Both the position numbers and the translations under genes were made by a program. The notes under the pieces are model-generated. The model was not told the origin of the DNA, made no database searches, and worked only from the letters and a program-made list of their open reading frames with translations. This document shows positions 1 to 8,574 of a DNA stretch of 64,000 bases, one piece after another. Numbering within the stretch: position 1 is the first letter of the stretch; every line of letters starts with the position of its first letter. The stretch is from Thermoanaerobaculia bacterium (lineage in GTDB: Bacteria > Acidobacteriota > Thermoanaerobaculia > UBA5066 > Gp7-AA6): contig JBGPGG010000002.1 in NCBI GenBank assembly GCA_041483715.1, forward strand, positions 7,703-71,702, given 5' to 3'.

Positions 1-1667
1 CACTGGACCTCGACCTTGAAGCGCTTGTTGGTCAAGCAGAGCGCCGTGGCGCTCGCGACACACGGCTGGATCGCCCCGCCGACGGTCACCTGCTTCGTGG
101 TCCGGCTCCCGCCGTTCAGGCTCCCCGCGATCAGGTCCACCGTGTAGGTCCCTGGCCCGGCGTAGGTGTGAGTCGGGTTCTTGTCTCTCGAAAAGTTGCT
201 CGACGAGGACGGTTCGCCAAAGAACCACAGCCACCCCGTCGGAGAGTTGGTCGTCGTGTCCGTGAAGGTGACCGGAGCCCCGGCCGAGGGTGGCGAAGGA
301 GAGTACGAGAAGCTCGCGACCGGCAGGGGCCCCGGCGCCGCGGTGCCGTAGTAGAACTGCATCGCCTGGATGTCGTCGGTCTGCGGCGTAAGCACCGGCG
401 CGGGGTGCGTCGAGGAGCGCATGACGGCGGCGTCCCACTGGGCCGGCGTCGTCGTCGAGTGGACGCTGCGGTATTGGTCCGGGTGATGAAGGCAGAGGAC
501 GTGTCCGACCTCGTGCAGCAGGACCTGGATGAAGCCCATCGTCGGGTAGTCGCAGGTCCAGCGCCGCATCGAGACCTTGCCGCCGCCAGCGGCGTAGTAG
601 GGAGTGAGGCCCTTGAAGGTCCGGGCCTGCCCCTGGGAGGTGGGTCCGCCGATACCCACGGCGCCACCGTTCATGCAGTCGTACGGCGTTGACCACGCCG
701 CGCCGAGATGCGGGAGATCCTGGTCCATGACGATCTCGACCTTGCCGCCGCTCGCCACCACTCCGTCGATGCGAATGTCCGTGTTGGCGACGCCATGCCA
801 CTGATCGACCACGTACTGGGCCAGGCACTTCTGATCCGATCCGCACGGCGCGTAGTTGGGAACGAGGCGCGACTGCGTGCCGGTGAGGAAGAGGGTCGCG
901 TTGGGCGAGCCGCCGTTCTCGAAGAACCACTTGAACAGGCAGGGCTGGCCCCCGCAGTCGCCGGGCTCCACGCCGCCCACATTCGCCCACTTCGTCCGGA
1001 GACGGACGCGGTGCGACTCGAGGCCTCCGCTCGGGATGGCGTAAGCCACGCTCGAGAGCGCCTCTCCCGATCGGATCCCTCGGAGCCCCGCGAAAAACGA
1101 CTCGGCGTCGCGGGCGGGGACGGCCTCCTCGGAGCCACCCGGGACGGTCGAGGCCGGAAGGAGCGGAGAGTCCCGTTTCGAGAGCGCGAGATCTTCGCGG
1201 GATCCGAAGACCGGACGCACGACGAATCGGCGGCCGGCCTGATCCGTGACCACGTCGAACTTCGAGAGGCCGAACTCCGAGAGGCCGTACTCCCCCGCTC
1301 GACCTGGAAGCGGATGGAGCGCGAGGACGACTTCCTGACCGACATCGAAGCCGGGCGTTCCCGGCACGCCCCAGACGACGCCTTCGGCAATGCCGCCGGG
1401 GAGGAGCACCTGGAACGCTTCATCGAGATCGCCCTTGAAGAGCTCCAGCCGGCGCAGCGTAACGACGGTGTACGGGAGATCTTCGTTCCCGTCCCGCTCC
1501 ATCCGTATCGTCTTGTCGACGACCTCCGCGCGCAAGACCACGTGCGCCAGCCTCACGAGATCGGCGTCCGACATCGGCATGTAGCTCGCTGCGCCGAGAG
1601 GTTGGCAGACGAGGCACAGGGAGAGGGTGAGAAGACCGGAGGCAAGCGCGCGGACAGAAAACCTCAT
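1..1667 (-). CDS. Secreted metzincin-type zinc metalloprotease with PKD-like domain. The 3' end runs off the window, and the gene is absent from the supplied ORF track.
   Basis: Own minus-strand translation from ATG (1667-1665) gives MRFSVRALASGLLTLSLCLV, which looks like a signal peptide. HEVGHVLCLHH (HExxHxxxxxH) lies at rc 483-515. It is followed by SFSYSPSPPSAGAPVTFTDTT...THTYAGPGTYTVDL, which is PKD-like. The frame is open to position 1. Confidence 0.75.
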   Translation of the reverse strand, partial: MRFSVRALASGLLTLSLCLVCQPLGAASYMPMSDADLVRLAHVVLRAEVVDKTIRMERDGNEDLPYTVVTLRRLELFKGDLDEAFQVLLPGGIAEGVVWGVPGTPGFDVGQEVVLALHPLPGRAGEYGLSEFGLSKFDVVTDQAGRRFVVRPVFGSREDLALSKRDSPLLPASTVPGGSEEAVPARDAESFFAGLRGIRSGEALSSVAYAIPSGGLESHRVRLRTKWANVGGVEPGDCGGQPCLFKWFFENGGSPNATLFLTGTQSRLVPNYAPCGSDQKCLAQYVVDQWHGVANTDIRIDGVVASGGKVEIVMDQDLPHLGAAWSTPYDCMNGGAVGIGGPTSQGQARTFKGLTPYYAAGGGKVSMRRWTCDYPTMGFIQVLLHEVGHVLCLHHPDQYRSVHSTTTPAQWDAAVMRSSTHPAPVLTPQTDDIQAMQFYYGTAAPGPLPVASFSYSPSPPSAGAPVTFTDTTTNSPTGWLWFFGEPSSSSNFSRDKNPTHTYAGPGTYTVDLIAGSLNGGSRTTKQVTVGGAIQPCVASATALCLTNKRFKVEVQ

Positions 1668-1757
1668 GGCATCCCCCGCTTAACCCAACGAGCATATCGC
1701 CGCTTTCGGGGCGACCACAAGGGCCCGCCCAGCGTGGATGGGCGCTTCGGGCCGGGC

Positions 1758-1958
1758 CTACGGCTCGGGCTTCCGCGGGTCTTTCTGCGAGAAAAGGCCG
1801 GGCAGATCGTCGATATTCTCGGGCTCGGGCGCGGTCGCCTTGCGCTCCCAACCGCACGAACGGCAGCGAACCACGCCGTCGACGGGTTTCGAGGAAGGAT
1901 TGTGCGGGTCCGTGCAGTACGGGCTCGGGCAATTCCAGGGAAGATCCCGGGCGGCCAT
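1758..1958 (-). CDS. Small hypothetical zinc-ribbon-like protein (66 aa, internal ATG of the track ORF)
   Basis: MAARDLPWNCPSPYCTDPHNPSSKPVDGVVRCRSCGW contains CxxxxC...CxxC. No family was recognised. Confidence 0.3.
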   Translation of the reverse strand: MAARDLPWNCPSPYCTDPHNPSSKPVDGVVRCRSCGWERKATAPEPENIDDLPGLFSQKDPRKPEP

Positions 1959-2095
1959 GGTCGTTCGAGAGCCAAGAGTATTGTACGCCCCGCGAGCGGT
2001 ACCAGAACCGGGATCGAACCGATGCCATCTTTTCGGGCATCCGGTGTCCGCCGTCACAGCGCCCACCGTCCTCATCGCCTTACCGTTTGCGGATC

Positions 2096-2332
2096 ATGTC
2101 CGGCCCTCAGGATTTCAGCCCTTCCGAGCTCGAACGCTGCGGCCTCGCCGTCATCCAACGTCGTCCGCGATCCGGCGAACCCGTCACGCGGGTTTATTGC
2201 CTTCGCTGCGGCAGCCAGGTGTCAGCAGACCGCCGCGACGTCGACCCGGACGGCTGGTGGGCTTGCGCCAGAGGTTGCAACACGAAATTCAACACGGTGG
2301 CATCGAGGCCACAAATGCGCCCCACGCCCTGA
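2096..2332 (+). CDS. Small hypothetical Cys-rich protein
   Basis: The ORF contains YCLRCGS...WWACARGCN (CxxC...CxxxC). Codon third positions are GC-rich. No family was recognised. Confidence 0.3.
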   Translation: MSGPQDFSPSELERCGLAVIQRRPRSGEPVTRVYCLRCGSQVSADRRDVDPDGWWACARGCNTKFNTVASRPQMRPTP

Positions 2333-2392
2333 GCGACTGGCCGCCCGCGGGCTGGAAGGCGGCGGCGACCGAGTGACGGCGAGACGAGTGGT

Positions 2393-2477
2393 TGGTGCGA
2401 AAGGGGGGACTCGAACCCCCACGGTGTTACCCACAGGTTCCTGAAACCTGCGCGTCTACCAGTTCCGCCACTTTCGC
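2393..2477 (-). tRNA. tRNA-Leu (anticodon CAG), class II with long variable arm and encoded CCA
   Basis: The rc reads GCGAAAG-TGGCGGAACTGGTAGACGCG-CAGGT-TTCAGGA-ACCTG-TGGGTAACACCGT-GGGGGTTCGAGTCCCCC-CTTTCGC-ACCA. The acceptor stem GCGAAAG/CTTTCGC pairs, the anticodon loop is TT-CAG-GA, and the T-loop GTTCGAGTC is present. Confidence 0.9.
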
Positions 2478-2590
2478 AGGGACCGGAAGAGTAGCCGCAA
2501 GCCTCTGAGGAATCAAGGCGGCGCGCCAGCTGGAGGATCCGCGAGGTCGAGGAGAAGCTCCGTGGGCGGCAAATGCGCCGCCTCCCGAAC

Positions 2591-3295
2591 TCACACTTTG
2601 AGAGACCTGACCCCATTTTCGCCCGCGACGATGACCTCGGAGGCGATGCCGCAGAAGAGGCCGTGCTCGACGACACCAGCCCGCGCCGCCAGCCGCGCCG
2701 CGAGGCCCGCCGGATCGGCGATCGGCCCGAATGCGCAGTCGAGGATCCAGTTGCCCTGATCAGTCTCGAAGGGTTTCCCGTCGGCCGCCGTTCGGACGAC
2801 GGGTTTGCCCCCGAGTGATTCGAGAAATCGTTGCTGCGATCTCCAGCCGAAGCGGGCGACCTCGACGGGCAGAATGTGCTTCGTCCCGAGCGCCGCCGAG
2901 AGCTTCGACTCGTCCACAACGATGACGACCCGGCGGCTGGCCTGCGCGACGATCTTCTCGCGGAAGAGCGCCCCGCCACCGCCTTTGATCAGGTTCAGGC
3001 CCGGATCCACTTCGTCGGCGCCGTCGATCGTCAGGTCGATCGCGCGCGGCATGTCCTCCGATGTCAGCGGGATCCCGAAGCGCCGCGCCTCTTCGGCCGT
3101 CGCGTGGGAGGTCGGGACTGCGACGACGTCGGAGAGCGCCCCCGAGGCGAGCAGCTCGCCCAGCCGGCGCGTCGCAAAGATGGCCGTGCTGCCCGTGCCG
3201 AGACCGACGACCATGCCGGGAACGATCAGAGCGGCAGCGCGCTCCCCCGCCTGCTTCTTGAAGGCCGCGAAGCGGTCGCCGCCCGGTTCCGTCAT
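2591..3295 (-). CDS. rpiA: Ribose-5-phosphate isomerase A
   Basis: Motifs [15 protein letters not shown] and [14 protein letters not shown]. Confidence 0.9.
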   Translation of the reverse strand: MTEPGGDRFAAFKKQAGERAAALIVPGMVVGLGTGSTAIFATRRLGELLASGALSDVVAVPTSHATAEEARRFGIPLTSEDMPRAIDLTIDGADEVDPGLNLIKGGGGALFREKIVAQASRRVVIVVDESKLSAALGTKHILPVEVARFGWRSQQRFLESLGGKPVVRTAADGKPFETDQGNWILDCAFGPIADPAGLAARLAARAGVVEHGLFCGIASEVIVAGENGVRSLKV

Positions 3296-3311
3296 GGACT
3301 CCCTCTCAGGC

Positions 3312-3590
3312 TCAGGCGGGCGGCAGCCCCAGCTCGATGTCTTCCTTCGGAATCGCGATCGCCGTTTCCCGGAAGCCCTTATCCACGCAGACGAAGCAGG
3401 CCTTGAAGGCCTTGTCCGTCGCCATCTTCATCTCACGGCCGGTCACGAAGACTTCCCGCCGGGGATAGGGCTCGTCGATGCGCTGGAGCCCGAGCAGGAT
3501 GCCCTCGCGCAGCCGCGAGCGCTGCGCGATGACGAACTGGTGCGGAGGTTCGTTCGTGCACTGGCAAACGGTGGCGACTTCAGTGCTCAC
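3312..3590 (-). CDS. Hypothetical small protein with CxC...CxxC
   Basis: 92-aa ORF overlapping the upstream STAS gene by 11 nt and ending 16 nt before rpiA. Cysteines occur in VCQC and CFVC. No family was recognised. Confidence 0.5.
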   Translation of the reverse strand: MSTEVATVCQCTNEPPHQFVIAQRSRLREGILLGLQRIDEPYPRREVFVTGREMKMATDKAFKACFVCVDKGFRETAIAIPKEDIELGLPPA

Positions 3591-3951
3591 TGGTCTCCTC
3601 TTCCTGCGACGCGAGGTTCGCCACGGCCAGCGCGGCGTCCACAGTCGGAAAAACGCGGAACACCGAATCGAGGTGCGTGATCCGGAAGACCGAGGCCACG
3701 CGCTCGCGCGGGTTCACGAGGTAGAAGCGGCGGCCCTGCGCCTCGAATTTCTTGAGCCCTCCGACGAAGACGCCGATCGCGGTCGAGTCGAGGTGCTCGA
3801 GATCCGAGAGATCGAGGACGACCGCGCCGGCCCGGTCGTTGCCAACCTTTTCGAAACGCTCCTGGAGCGCCCGGGTCGCCTCGCCGAGCGCGAGGGTGCC
3901 GCCGATCCGGAGGATCGTGTGGGCGCCGCGCTCTTCCTCGGAGAGTTTCAT
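3580..3951 (-). CDS. STAS-domain protein (anti-sigma-factor-antagonist-like, SpoIIAA family)
   Basis: Internal start MKLSEEERGAHTILRIGGTLALGE...VVLDLSDLEHLDSTAIGVFVGGLKKF. The upstream Arg-rich extension of the track ORF was judged spurious. Confidence 0.8.
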   Translation of the reverse strand: MKLSEEERGAHTILRIGGTLALGEATRALQERFEKVGNDRAGAVVLDLSDLEHLDSTAIGVFVGGLKKFEAQGRRFYLVNPRERVASVFRITHLDSVFRVFPTVDAALAVANLASQEEETSEH

Positions 3952-4388
3952 GCCGGTCGTTCTGATGGGACGGGCGCTTCCGACGCCGTCCCCTTGCGCA
4001 CGAGGACGCTGCCGCGCGCCAGGACTTCCTCGCCGGAACGCACTTCGCCGTCGAACCGGAAGATCGCGCCAAAGTGCGTCGCGAGGCGAACGGAAATCTC
4101 GAGCGTTTCGCCCGCAAGCGGGAGCCGCTCGGCCGTAAATCCTTCGATCCCCGCGAGGAATCCCGCGCGCGCGAGACTCGCGTCGCCCCCTTCGAGCAGG
4201 AGCGCCGCCTGGGCGATCGCCTCGGCGTAGAGCAGTGGGCTCTGCCACTTCTCTCCCATCGCGCCGCGCGCGTTAGCTGAGATCCGGGCGCGGACCGTTC
4301 CCCGGGAGAAATCCGCATCGCGTTCTTCGACGACCGCGTCCACGAACCGGAACGGGTATGCGTGCGGAAGCGCCGCTGTCGGCATCAT
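3948..4388 (-). CDS. FabZ/FabA-like hotdog-fold protein (putative 3-hydroxyacyl-ACP dehydratase-like)
   Basis: Starts MMPTAALPHAYPFRFVDAV, matching the LPHRYPFLLVD-type N-terminal motif. I could not find the usual catalytic His context. 4-nt overlaps on both sides. Confidence 0.7.
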   Translation of the reverse strand: MMPTAALPHAYPFRFVDAVVEERDADFSRGTVRARISANARGAMGEKWQSPLLYAEAIAQAALLLEGGDASLARAGFLAGIEGFTAERLPLAGETLEISVRLATHFGAIFRFDGEVRSGEEVLARGSVLVRKGTASEAPVPSERPA

Positions 4389-4645
4389 GCCGTCTTCTTC
4401 TGCTCGATGAAATCGCAGAGCGCGTCGACCGAAGCGAAGGCCTTGACCCCCACCTCTTCGTCTTCGACCTTGATATGGAATTCCTGCTCGAGCCCGAGGA
4501 CGAGCTCCAGCGCGTCGATCGAGTCGAGGCCGAGGCCTTCGCCGAAGAGCGGCGCCCCGTCCTCGATCGTCTTCGGGTCGATGTCGAGCTTCAGGCGCCG
4601 CACGATGAGGTCCTTGACCTGCGACGCGAGTTCTTGCCGGGACAT
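4385..4645 (-). CDS. Acyl carrier protein
   Basis: 86 aa with GLGLDSIDALELV (DSxD phosphopantetheine-attachment motif). Confidence 0.85.
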   Translation of the reverse strand: MSRQELASQVKDLIVRRLKLDIDPKTIEDGAPLFGEGLGLDSIDALELVLGLEQEFHIKVEDEEVGVKAFASVDALCDFIEQKKTA

Positions 4646-4702
4646 GCAGGCTCCCTTCGGTGGCGATTATAGCTGCGAGACTCGGGCCGCCGGGAAGCGG
4701 GG

Positions 4703-4781
4703 GACGGAAGACAGGAGACGGGAGAAGACCCGGCACTACCTTCCTCTCCCGTCTACCGTTTACCGTCTACCGCCCGTCTTC
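4703..4781. repeat. Inverted pair of heptanucleotide tandem arrays (CGG-N4 family)
   Basis: Left array is GACGGAA GACAGGA GACGGGA GAAGACC (4703-4730). Right array is TCCCGTC TACCGTT TACCGTC TACCGCC CGTCTTC (4747-4781). The arms are partly complementary. The element sits in the ACP-fabG spacer and touches the fabG stop. Confidence 0.7.
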
Positions 4782-5508
4782 AGGCCATCCCGCCGTCGGC
4801 CCGCCAGACCTGGCCCGTGACGTACGAGGCATTCTCCGAGGCGAGGAATCCGACGACGGCGGCGATCTCCTCGGGCTTGCCGAACCGTGCCATCGGAATC
4901 CGCCCGAGGAACTCTCGGCGAGCCTCCTCTTTCAGGTGGGCGATGATCTCGGTGTCCACGAGGCCCGGTGCCACGGCGTTGACCGTGATGGCCCGCGGGG
5001 CGAGCTCGAGGGCGAGGGCCTTCGTGAACGCAATGAGCCCTCCTTTGGCCGCCGAATAATTCGCCTGTCCGGCGTGCCCCGAGATGCCGCTGACCGAGAC
5101 GATGTTGACGATCCGGCCGGAGCTCTTGTGCAGCATGCCGCGGATCAACACCTTCGTGACGCGAAAGGCGCCCTTCAGGTCGACGTCGAGGACGTAGTCC
5201 CAGTCCTCTTCTTTCATGAAGGGAAAGAGCGCGTCCTTGATGACGCCCGCGTTGTTGACCAGGATGTCCGCGCCGCCGAAGTCCGTCCCGACCCGGTCCG
5301 CCATCGCCTTGACTTCTTCGGCGTTGAGCACGTCCATCACGAGGGCGGTCGCTTGGCCACCCGCCCGACGGATCTCCTCGGCGGTCGCCTCCGCCCGCGC
5401 GAGATCGCGCTGGCAGGTCAGGACGACGCGGGCGCCCGCCGCGGCGAGCTCGAGCGAGATCGCGCGGCCGATGCCGCGGGAACCCCCGGTGACGACGGCG
5501 GTCTTCAT
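4780..5508 (-). CDS. fabG: 3-oxoacyl-ACP reductase (SDR)
   Basis: Internal start MKTAVVTGGSRGIGRAI, plus NNAG and the YSAAK catalytic motif. The N-terminal 376 aa of the 618-aa track ORF are a spurious extension through the upstream gene. Confidence 0.9.
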   Translation of the reverse strand: MKTAVVTGGSRGIGRAISLELAAAGARVVLTCQRDLARAEATAEEIRRAGGQATALVMDVLNAEEVKAMADRVGTDFGGADILVNNAGVIKDALFPFMKEEDWDYVLDVDLKGAFRVTKVLIRGMLHKSSGRIVNIVSVSGISGHAGQANYSAAKGGLIAFTKALALELAPRAITVNAVAPGLVDTEIIAHLKEEARREFLGRIPMARFGKPEEIAAVVGFLASENASYVTGQVWRADGGMA

Positions 5509-6440
5509 CCGCGACCGACTATATCCACGGCGGCCCGGATCGCGGCGAGCGACCCGGCCGGATGGCATCGCGTCGTTCGCTCGATCCACCGCACCATCTT
5601 CGAGAGCATCTCGCCCGGGCCGGCCTCGATGAAGACCCGGTTGCCATCGGCCACGAGGGCCTCGAACGTCTCCTTCCAGAGCGTCGGGAAGCAAAAGGCG
5701 GTTCCGAGCAGTCGCCGCACTTCGCTGGCGGCGGCGACCGGCCGCCCCTCCGGCCCGTAGTACGGCACGTCCGGCTTGCGGACTGACCCGAGCGCCGCGA
5801 CGAGCGGCGCGATCGCATCCGCGACCGGGCGCATGAGCTCGCTGTGGATCGGCCAGCTCATCGAGAGGGGCAAGACCGAGAGGGCGCGGGGCCCAAGCTC
5901 CTCGAGGGCGGCCTTCACGCCCTCGGAGCTGCCGGTCAGAACGAACTGCGTCGAGGCGTTCACGTTGCCGATCCAGACCGGCAGCCCGCGGGCGCGCAGG
6001 CCTGCGAGCGCATCCTCGACGACGTCGCGCCGCGCCCCGATGACCGCCGCCATCGCTCCCTGGATGTGCAGGCGCTCGGTCTCGCGCCACACCGCGACCA
6101 GCACGTCGAGCGCCTCCTCGTAGCCGATCGCGCCCGCAGCGACCATCGCGGCGTAGTTCCCGAGGCTGTAACCCGCGGTCGCACTCGGTCGCACGCCCTC
6201 GCGCGCTAGCTGCCGCGCGGCGAGCGTCGAAACGAGATAGACGCCGGCCTGGGCGGCCAGGTTTTCGCGTAGCTCCGACTCCGGCCCTTCGAAGACGATA
6301 CGCGCGAGGTCGCGTCCGCACCGCTCGGACGTGAGGGTGAAGAGACGGCGGGCCTCCGGATCGGCATCGAAGAAGTCCCGGCCCATGCCGACCCATTCGG
6401 CAAGCTGCCCCGGAAAGAGAAAGGCAGCCGAAGGGCTCAT
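5505..6440 (-). CDS. FabD-like acyltransferase (malonyl-CoA:ACP transacylase family)
   Basis: Starts MSPSAAFLFPGQLAEWVGMG. GYSLGNYAA occupies the position of GHSLGE. ATGA-type overlaps with its neighbours. Confidence 0.8.
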   Translation of the reverse strand: MSPSAAFLFPGQLAEWVGMGRDFFDADPEARRLFTLTSERCGRDLARIVFEGPESELRENLAAQAGVYLVSTLAARQLAREGVRPSATAGYSLGNYAAMVAAGAIGYEEALDVLVAVWRETERLHIQGAMAAVIGARRDVVEDALAGLRARGLPVWIGNVNASTQFVLTGSSEGVKAALEELGPRALSVLPLSMSWPIHSELMRPVADAIAPLVAALGSVRKPDVPYYGPEGRPVAAASEVRRLLGTAFCFPTLWKETFEALVADGNRVFIEAGPGEMLSKMVRWIERTTRCHPAGSLAAIRAAVDIVGRG

Positions 6441-7312
6441 GCGGGGACGAGGGCGGGCAGAACGTCCGCGATGGCCACGCAACGATCGCGCGCGAGCCAC
6501 CGCGCGAAGCGGTCCGGCAGACGCTTCCGGCCGAGAAAGTGCACGGCCCGCGTGGCAGCCGGCAGTCCGTCCATCGGCGGATGGGCAGGATCGAGCTCCC
6601 ACGGGTGCAGCGTGAAAACCGCCGGAGCGCCGCCATCGCGGAACCGGTTTTCGGCCTCGGAGAGTCGCGATTCCGAAAGAACCCGAAACGGCCAGGCGCC
6701 CCCGAGCGGCAGGCGCCGCCCGAATACGCGGCCCGTCAGCGGCGGCAGCTCCGTCAGCGACCATCCGTTGCGCTCGATACGGTGCGGTCCCTGCGGATTG
6801 CCGGCGCTTCCGAGAGGCGGCACGGGCATCATCGAGGTGTCGCACCGGAAGCCTGCCGCGGCGAGCTCGCCGAGGGCGGGCGACCGGGCGTCGCGGATCG
6901 ACCACTCGGCGGCGCGGTAGGCGTTCGCCGCCACTGCCCCCGCCTCCTCGATGGATTGCCGTGCCCGAAGCAGGTCCTCGCGAAACTCGGCCGCGGTCAT
7001 CTCATCGGCCCGGCCGTGGAGGTCGCCGTGGACGCCGATCTCGTGTCCCCGCCGCCCCGCCTCACGCACCAGCCCCGGATAGCGCCGGGCGATCCAGCCG
7101 AGAAAAAACACCGTCGCTCGGTGCCGGCCACCCGCAAGGGCGTCGAAGACAAGATTGAGCGTCGCTTCGATCCGCGGCGCGAAGGAGTCCCAGCGCCGGG
7201 GGTCCGAGTAGTAGCCGTCTCCGCAAACGTGGAACCAGTCCTCCGCGTCGATCGTGAGGACCCGCGGCGCGCGGCCGGGGACGCGAAGAGGCGTGATGAT
7301 GGGGTCGGGCAC
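6437..7312 (-). CDS. Polysaccharide deacetylase family protein
   Basis: LTIDAEDWFHV, TVFFLGW and HEIGVHGDLH. From memory it resembles the deacetylase subfamily found in exopolysaccharide loci. Confidence 0.8.
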   Translation of the reverse strand: MPDPIITPLRVPGRAPRVLTIDAEDWFHVCGDGYYSDPRRWDSFAPRIEATLNLVFDALAGGRHRATVFFLGWIARRYPGLVREAGRRGHEIGVHGDLHGRADEMTAAEFREDLLRARQSIEEAGAVAANAYRAAEWSIRDARSPALGELAAAGFRCDTSMMPVPPLGSAGNPQGPHRIERNGWSLTELPPLTGRVFGRRLPLGGAWPFRVLSESRLSEAENRFRDGGAPAVFTLHPWELDPAHPPMDGLPAATRAVHFLGRKRLPDRFARWLARDRCVAIADVLPALVPA

Positions 7313-7336
7313 GAGGGGGATTGTAGCTGGGGGCTC

Positions 7337-7421
7337 CCCTCACCCCGTCCCTCTCCCGCCGGGAGAGGGAGCCTGAGAATTTCCCTCGCCCCCAACGGGG
7401 GGAGAGGGTCAGGGTGAGGGG
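7337..7421. repeat. Palindromic intergenic element (CCCCTCACCC-GTCCCTCTCCC family), copy A
   Basis: Left arm cccctcaccccgtccctctccc (7337-7358). The rc of the right arm is cccctcaccctgaccctctccc. There is an inner hairpin tccctctcccgccgggagaggga. A near-identical architecture occurs at 20225-20313. Confidence 0.8.
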
Positions 7422-7436
7422 GGGACGCCTTCGCTC

Positions 7437-8177
7437 TCAGTCCATCTCGAACACTTTGTAGTAAACCGCGCCCCACGAAATGAGCCACGTATCGCGGAAC
7501 GGCCGGTAGTGCGACGGCCCGCCGTAGATCGCGCGAATCGGGACGTGGCGGAAACGCCGGACGTGCACAGCGGCCTTGAGGAGGATCTCGGTCTCTATGA
7601 TGTAGCCGCGCGCGTTCAGAGCGAGCTTGCGCAGAAGATCCGCGGCGATGACGCGGTAGCCCGATTGCGCGTCCTCGATCTCGTGGCCCGTCAAGCGGGA
7701 CAGCACCTGGCTTCCGATCTCGTTCGTGCGGTAGCGATACGCGGGAATCGCCTCGAGCTCGGCCATCCGCGAGCCGATGACGAAGTCGTCGCCGGCGCGC
7801 GCGGCTTCGAGCAGGCGCGGTAGGTCCGCGGGGTCGTGCTGGGCGTCGGCATCCACGAACGCGATGTGGGTGGCGTCGCCCTCGAGAACGCGCGCGAGGC
7901 CGGCCCGCAGCGCCGTGCCCTTCCCGCCGTTCGAGGCCAGTCGCAGGACCTCCGCCCCGGCCCCTTCCGCCTCGGCGCCCGTGCGATCCGTGGATCCGTC
8001 GTCCACGACGACCACCCGGGGGACGCTGGCCGCGAGGCCCCGCACCACGGCGCCGACCGTTTTCTCGGCCTGGAAGGCCGGCACGAGCGCGCACGGGCGG
8101 AAAGGATTCGGCACGGGCGGATCGTAACCTCTCGGGACCCCATCGAAAACACTTACTCCCTTTGGGCTCTTCGACAT
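7437..8177 (-). CDS. Family 2 glycosyltransferase
   Basis: Internal start MSKSPKG. VVVVDDGSTDRT, FVDADAQH and the EDAQSGYR region are present. A longer track start would overlap nuoA. Confidence 0.8.
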   Translation of the reverse strand: MSKSPKGVSVFDGVPRGYDPPVPNPFRPCALVPAFQAEKTVGAVVRGLAASVPRVVVVDDGSTDRTGAEAEGAGAEVLRLASNGGKGTALRAGLARVLEGDATHIAFVDADAQHDPADLPRLLEAARAGDDFVIGSRMAELEAIPAYRYRTNEIGSQVLSRLTGHEIEDAQSGYRVIAADLLRKLALNARGYIIETEILLKAAVHVRRFRHVPIRAIYGGPSHYRPFRDTWLISWGAVYYKVFEMD

Positions 8178-8199
8178 GCGTTGACTCGCATCGGCCCTT

Positions 8200-8574
8200 G
8201 TGAAAAAGTTCGGGCGCCCCATGCCAGAGAGTTTCATTCCGATCCTCGTCGTGCTCGGTCTCGCCGCGGGGATGGCGGCGACCGTCCTCCTTTTGAACGC
8301 GCTGCTGGCGCCGCGGCTGCGCACGAGCCGCAAGCTCGAGGCGTTCGAGAGCGGCGTCCCCATGGTGGACGCCTCGCACAAGCGGATCTCGATCAAGTTC
8401 TTCGTCATCGCGATGGTCTTCATCCTCTTCGACGTGGAAATCGCCTTCCTGTACCCGTGGGCGCTCGTGTTCCGCTCGGTGGGCTGGCCGCTGTTCGTCG
8501 AGATGCTCGCCTTCCTGGCGATCCTCGCGGTCGGCTACGCCTACATCTGGAAGAAGGGAGCCTTCGACTGGTGA
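8200..8574 (+). CDS. nuoA: NADH-quinone oxidoreductase subunit A
   Basis: KFFVIAMVFILFDVEIAFLYPWA is present. The start is GTG 8200 or ATG 8221. Confidence 0.9.
   Translation: MKKFGRPMPESFIPILVVLGLAAGMAATVLLLNALLAPRLRTSRKLEAFESGVPMVDASHKRISIKFFVIAMVFILFDVEIAFLYPWALVFRSVGWPLFVEMLAFLAILAVGYAYIWKKGAFDW

Noticed and set aside
708-2444. 578-aa plus-strand ORF and several other long ORFs over 131-2444
   Set aside because: The translations are Arg/Ala/Gly-rich with no motifs, and they lie antisense to a minus-strand frame with a clear signal peptide, HExxH motif and PKD domain. They also run through the tRNA-Leu gene. These are typical high-GC shadow ORFs.
2479-2590. GGCGGC-N6-GCCGCC hairpin between rpiA and tRNA-Leu as a terminator
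   Set aside because: The stem is short (6 bp) and there is no U-tract on the transcribed strand. It is too weak to call.
4703-4781. Heptad arrays or the palindromic elements as CRISPR arrays
   Set aside because: The units are 7 nt and directly abutting, with no spacers. The palindromic elements occur singly. No cas genes are present.
4780-6636. 618-aa ORF suggesting a large fusion protein; likewise 5505-6905, 3948-4736, 40421-42211 and 41440-43473
   Set aside because: Only the C-terminal parts match families (FabG, FabD-like, FabZ-like, TrpD, TrpG). The N-terminal extensions run out of frame through the upstream genes. Internal starts give 4-nt overlaps with the upstream stops.
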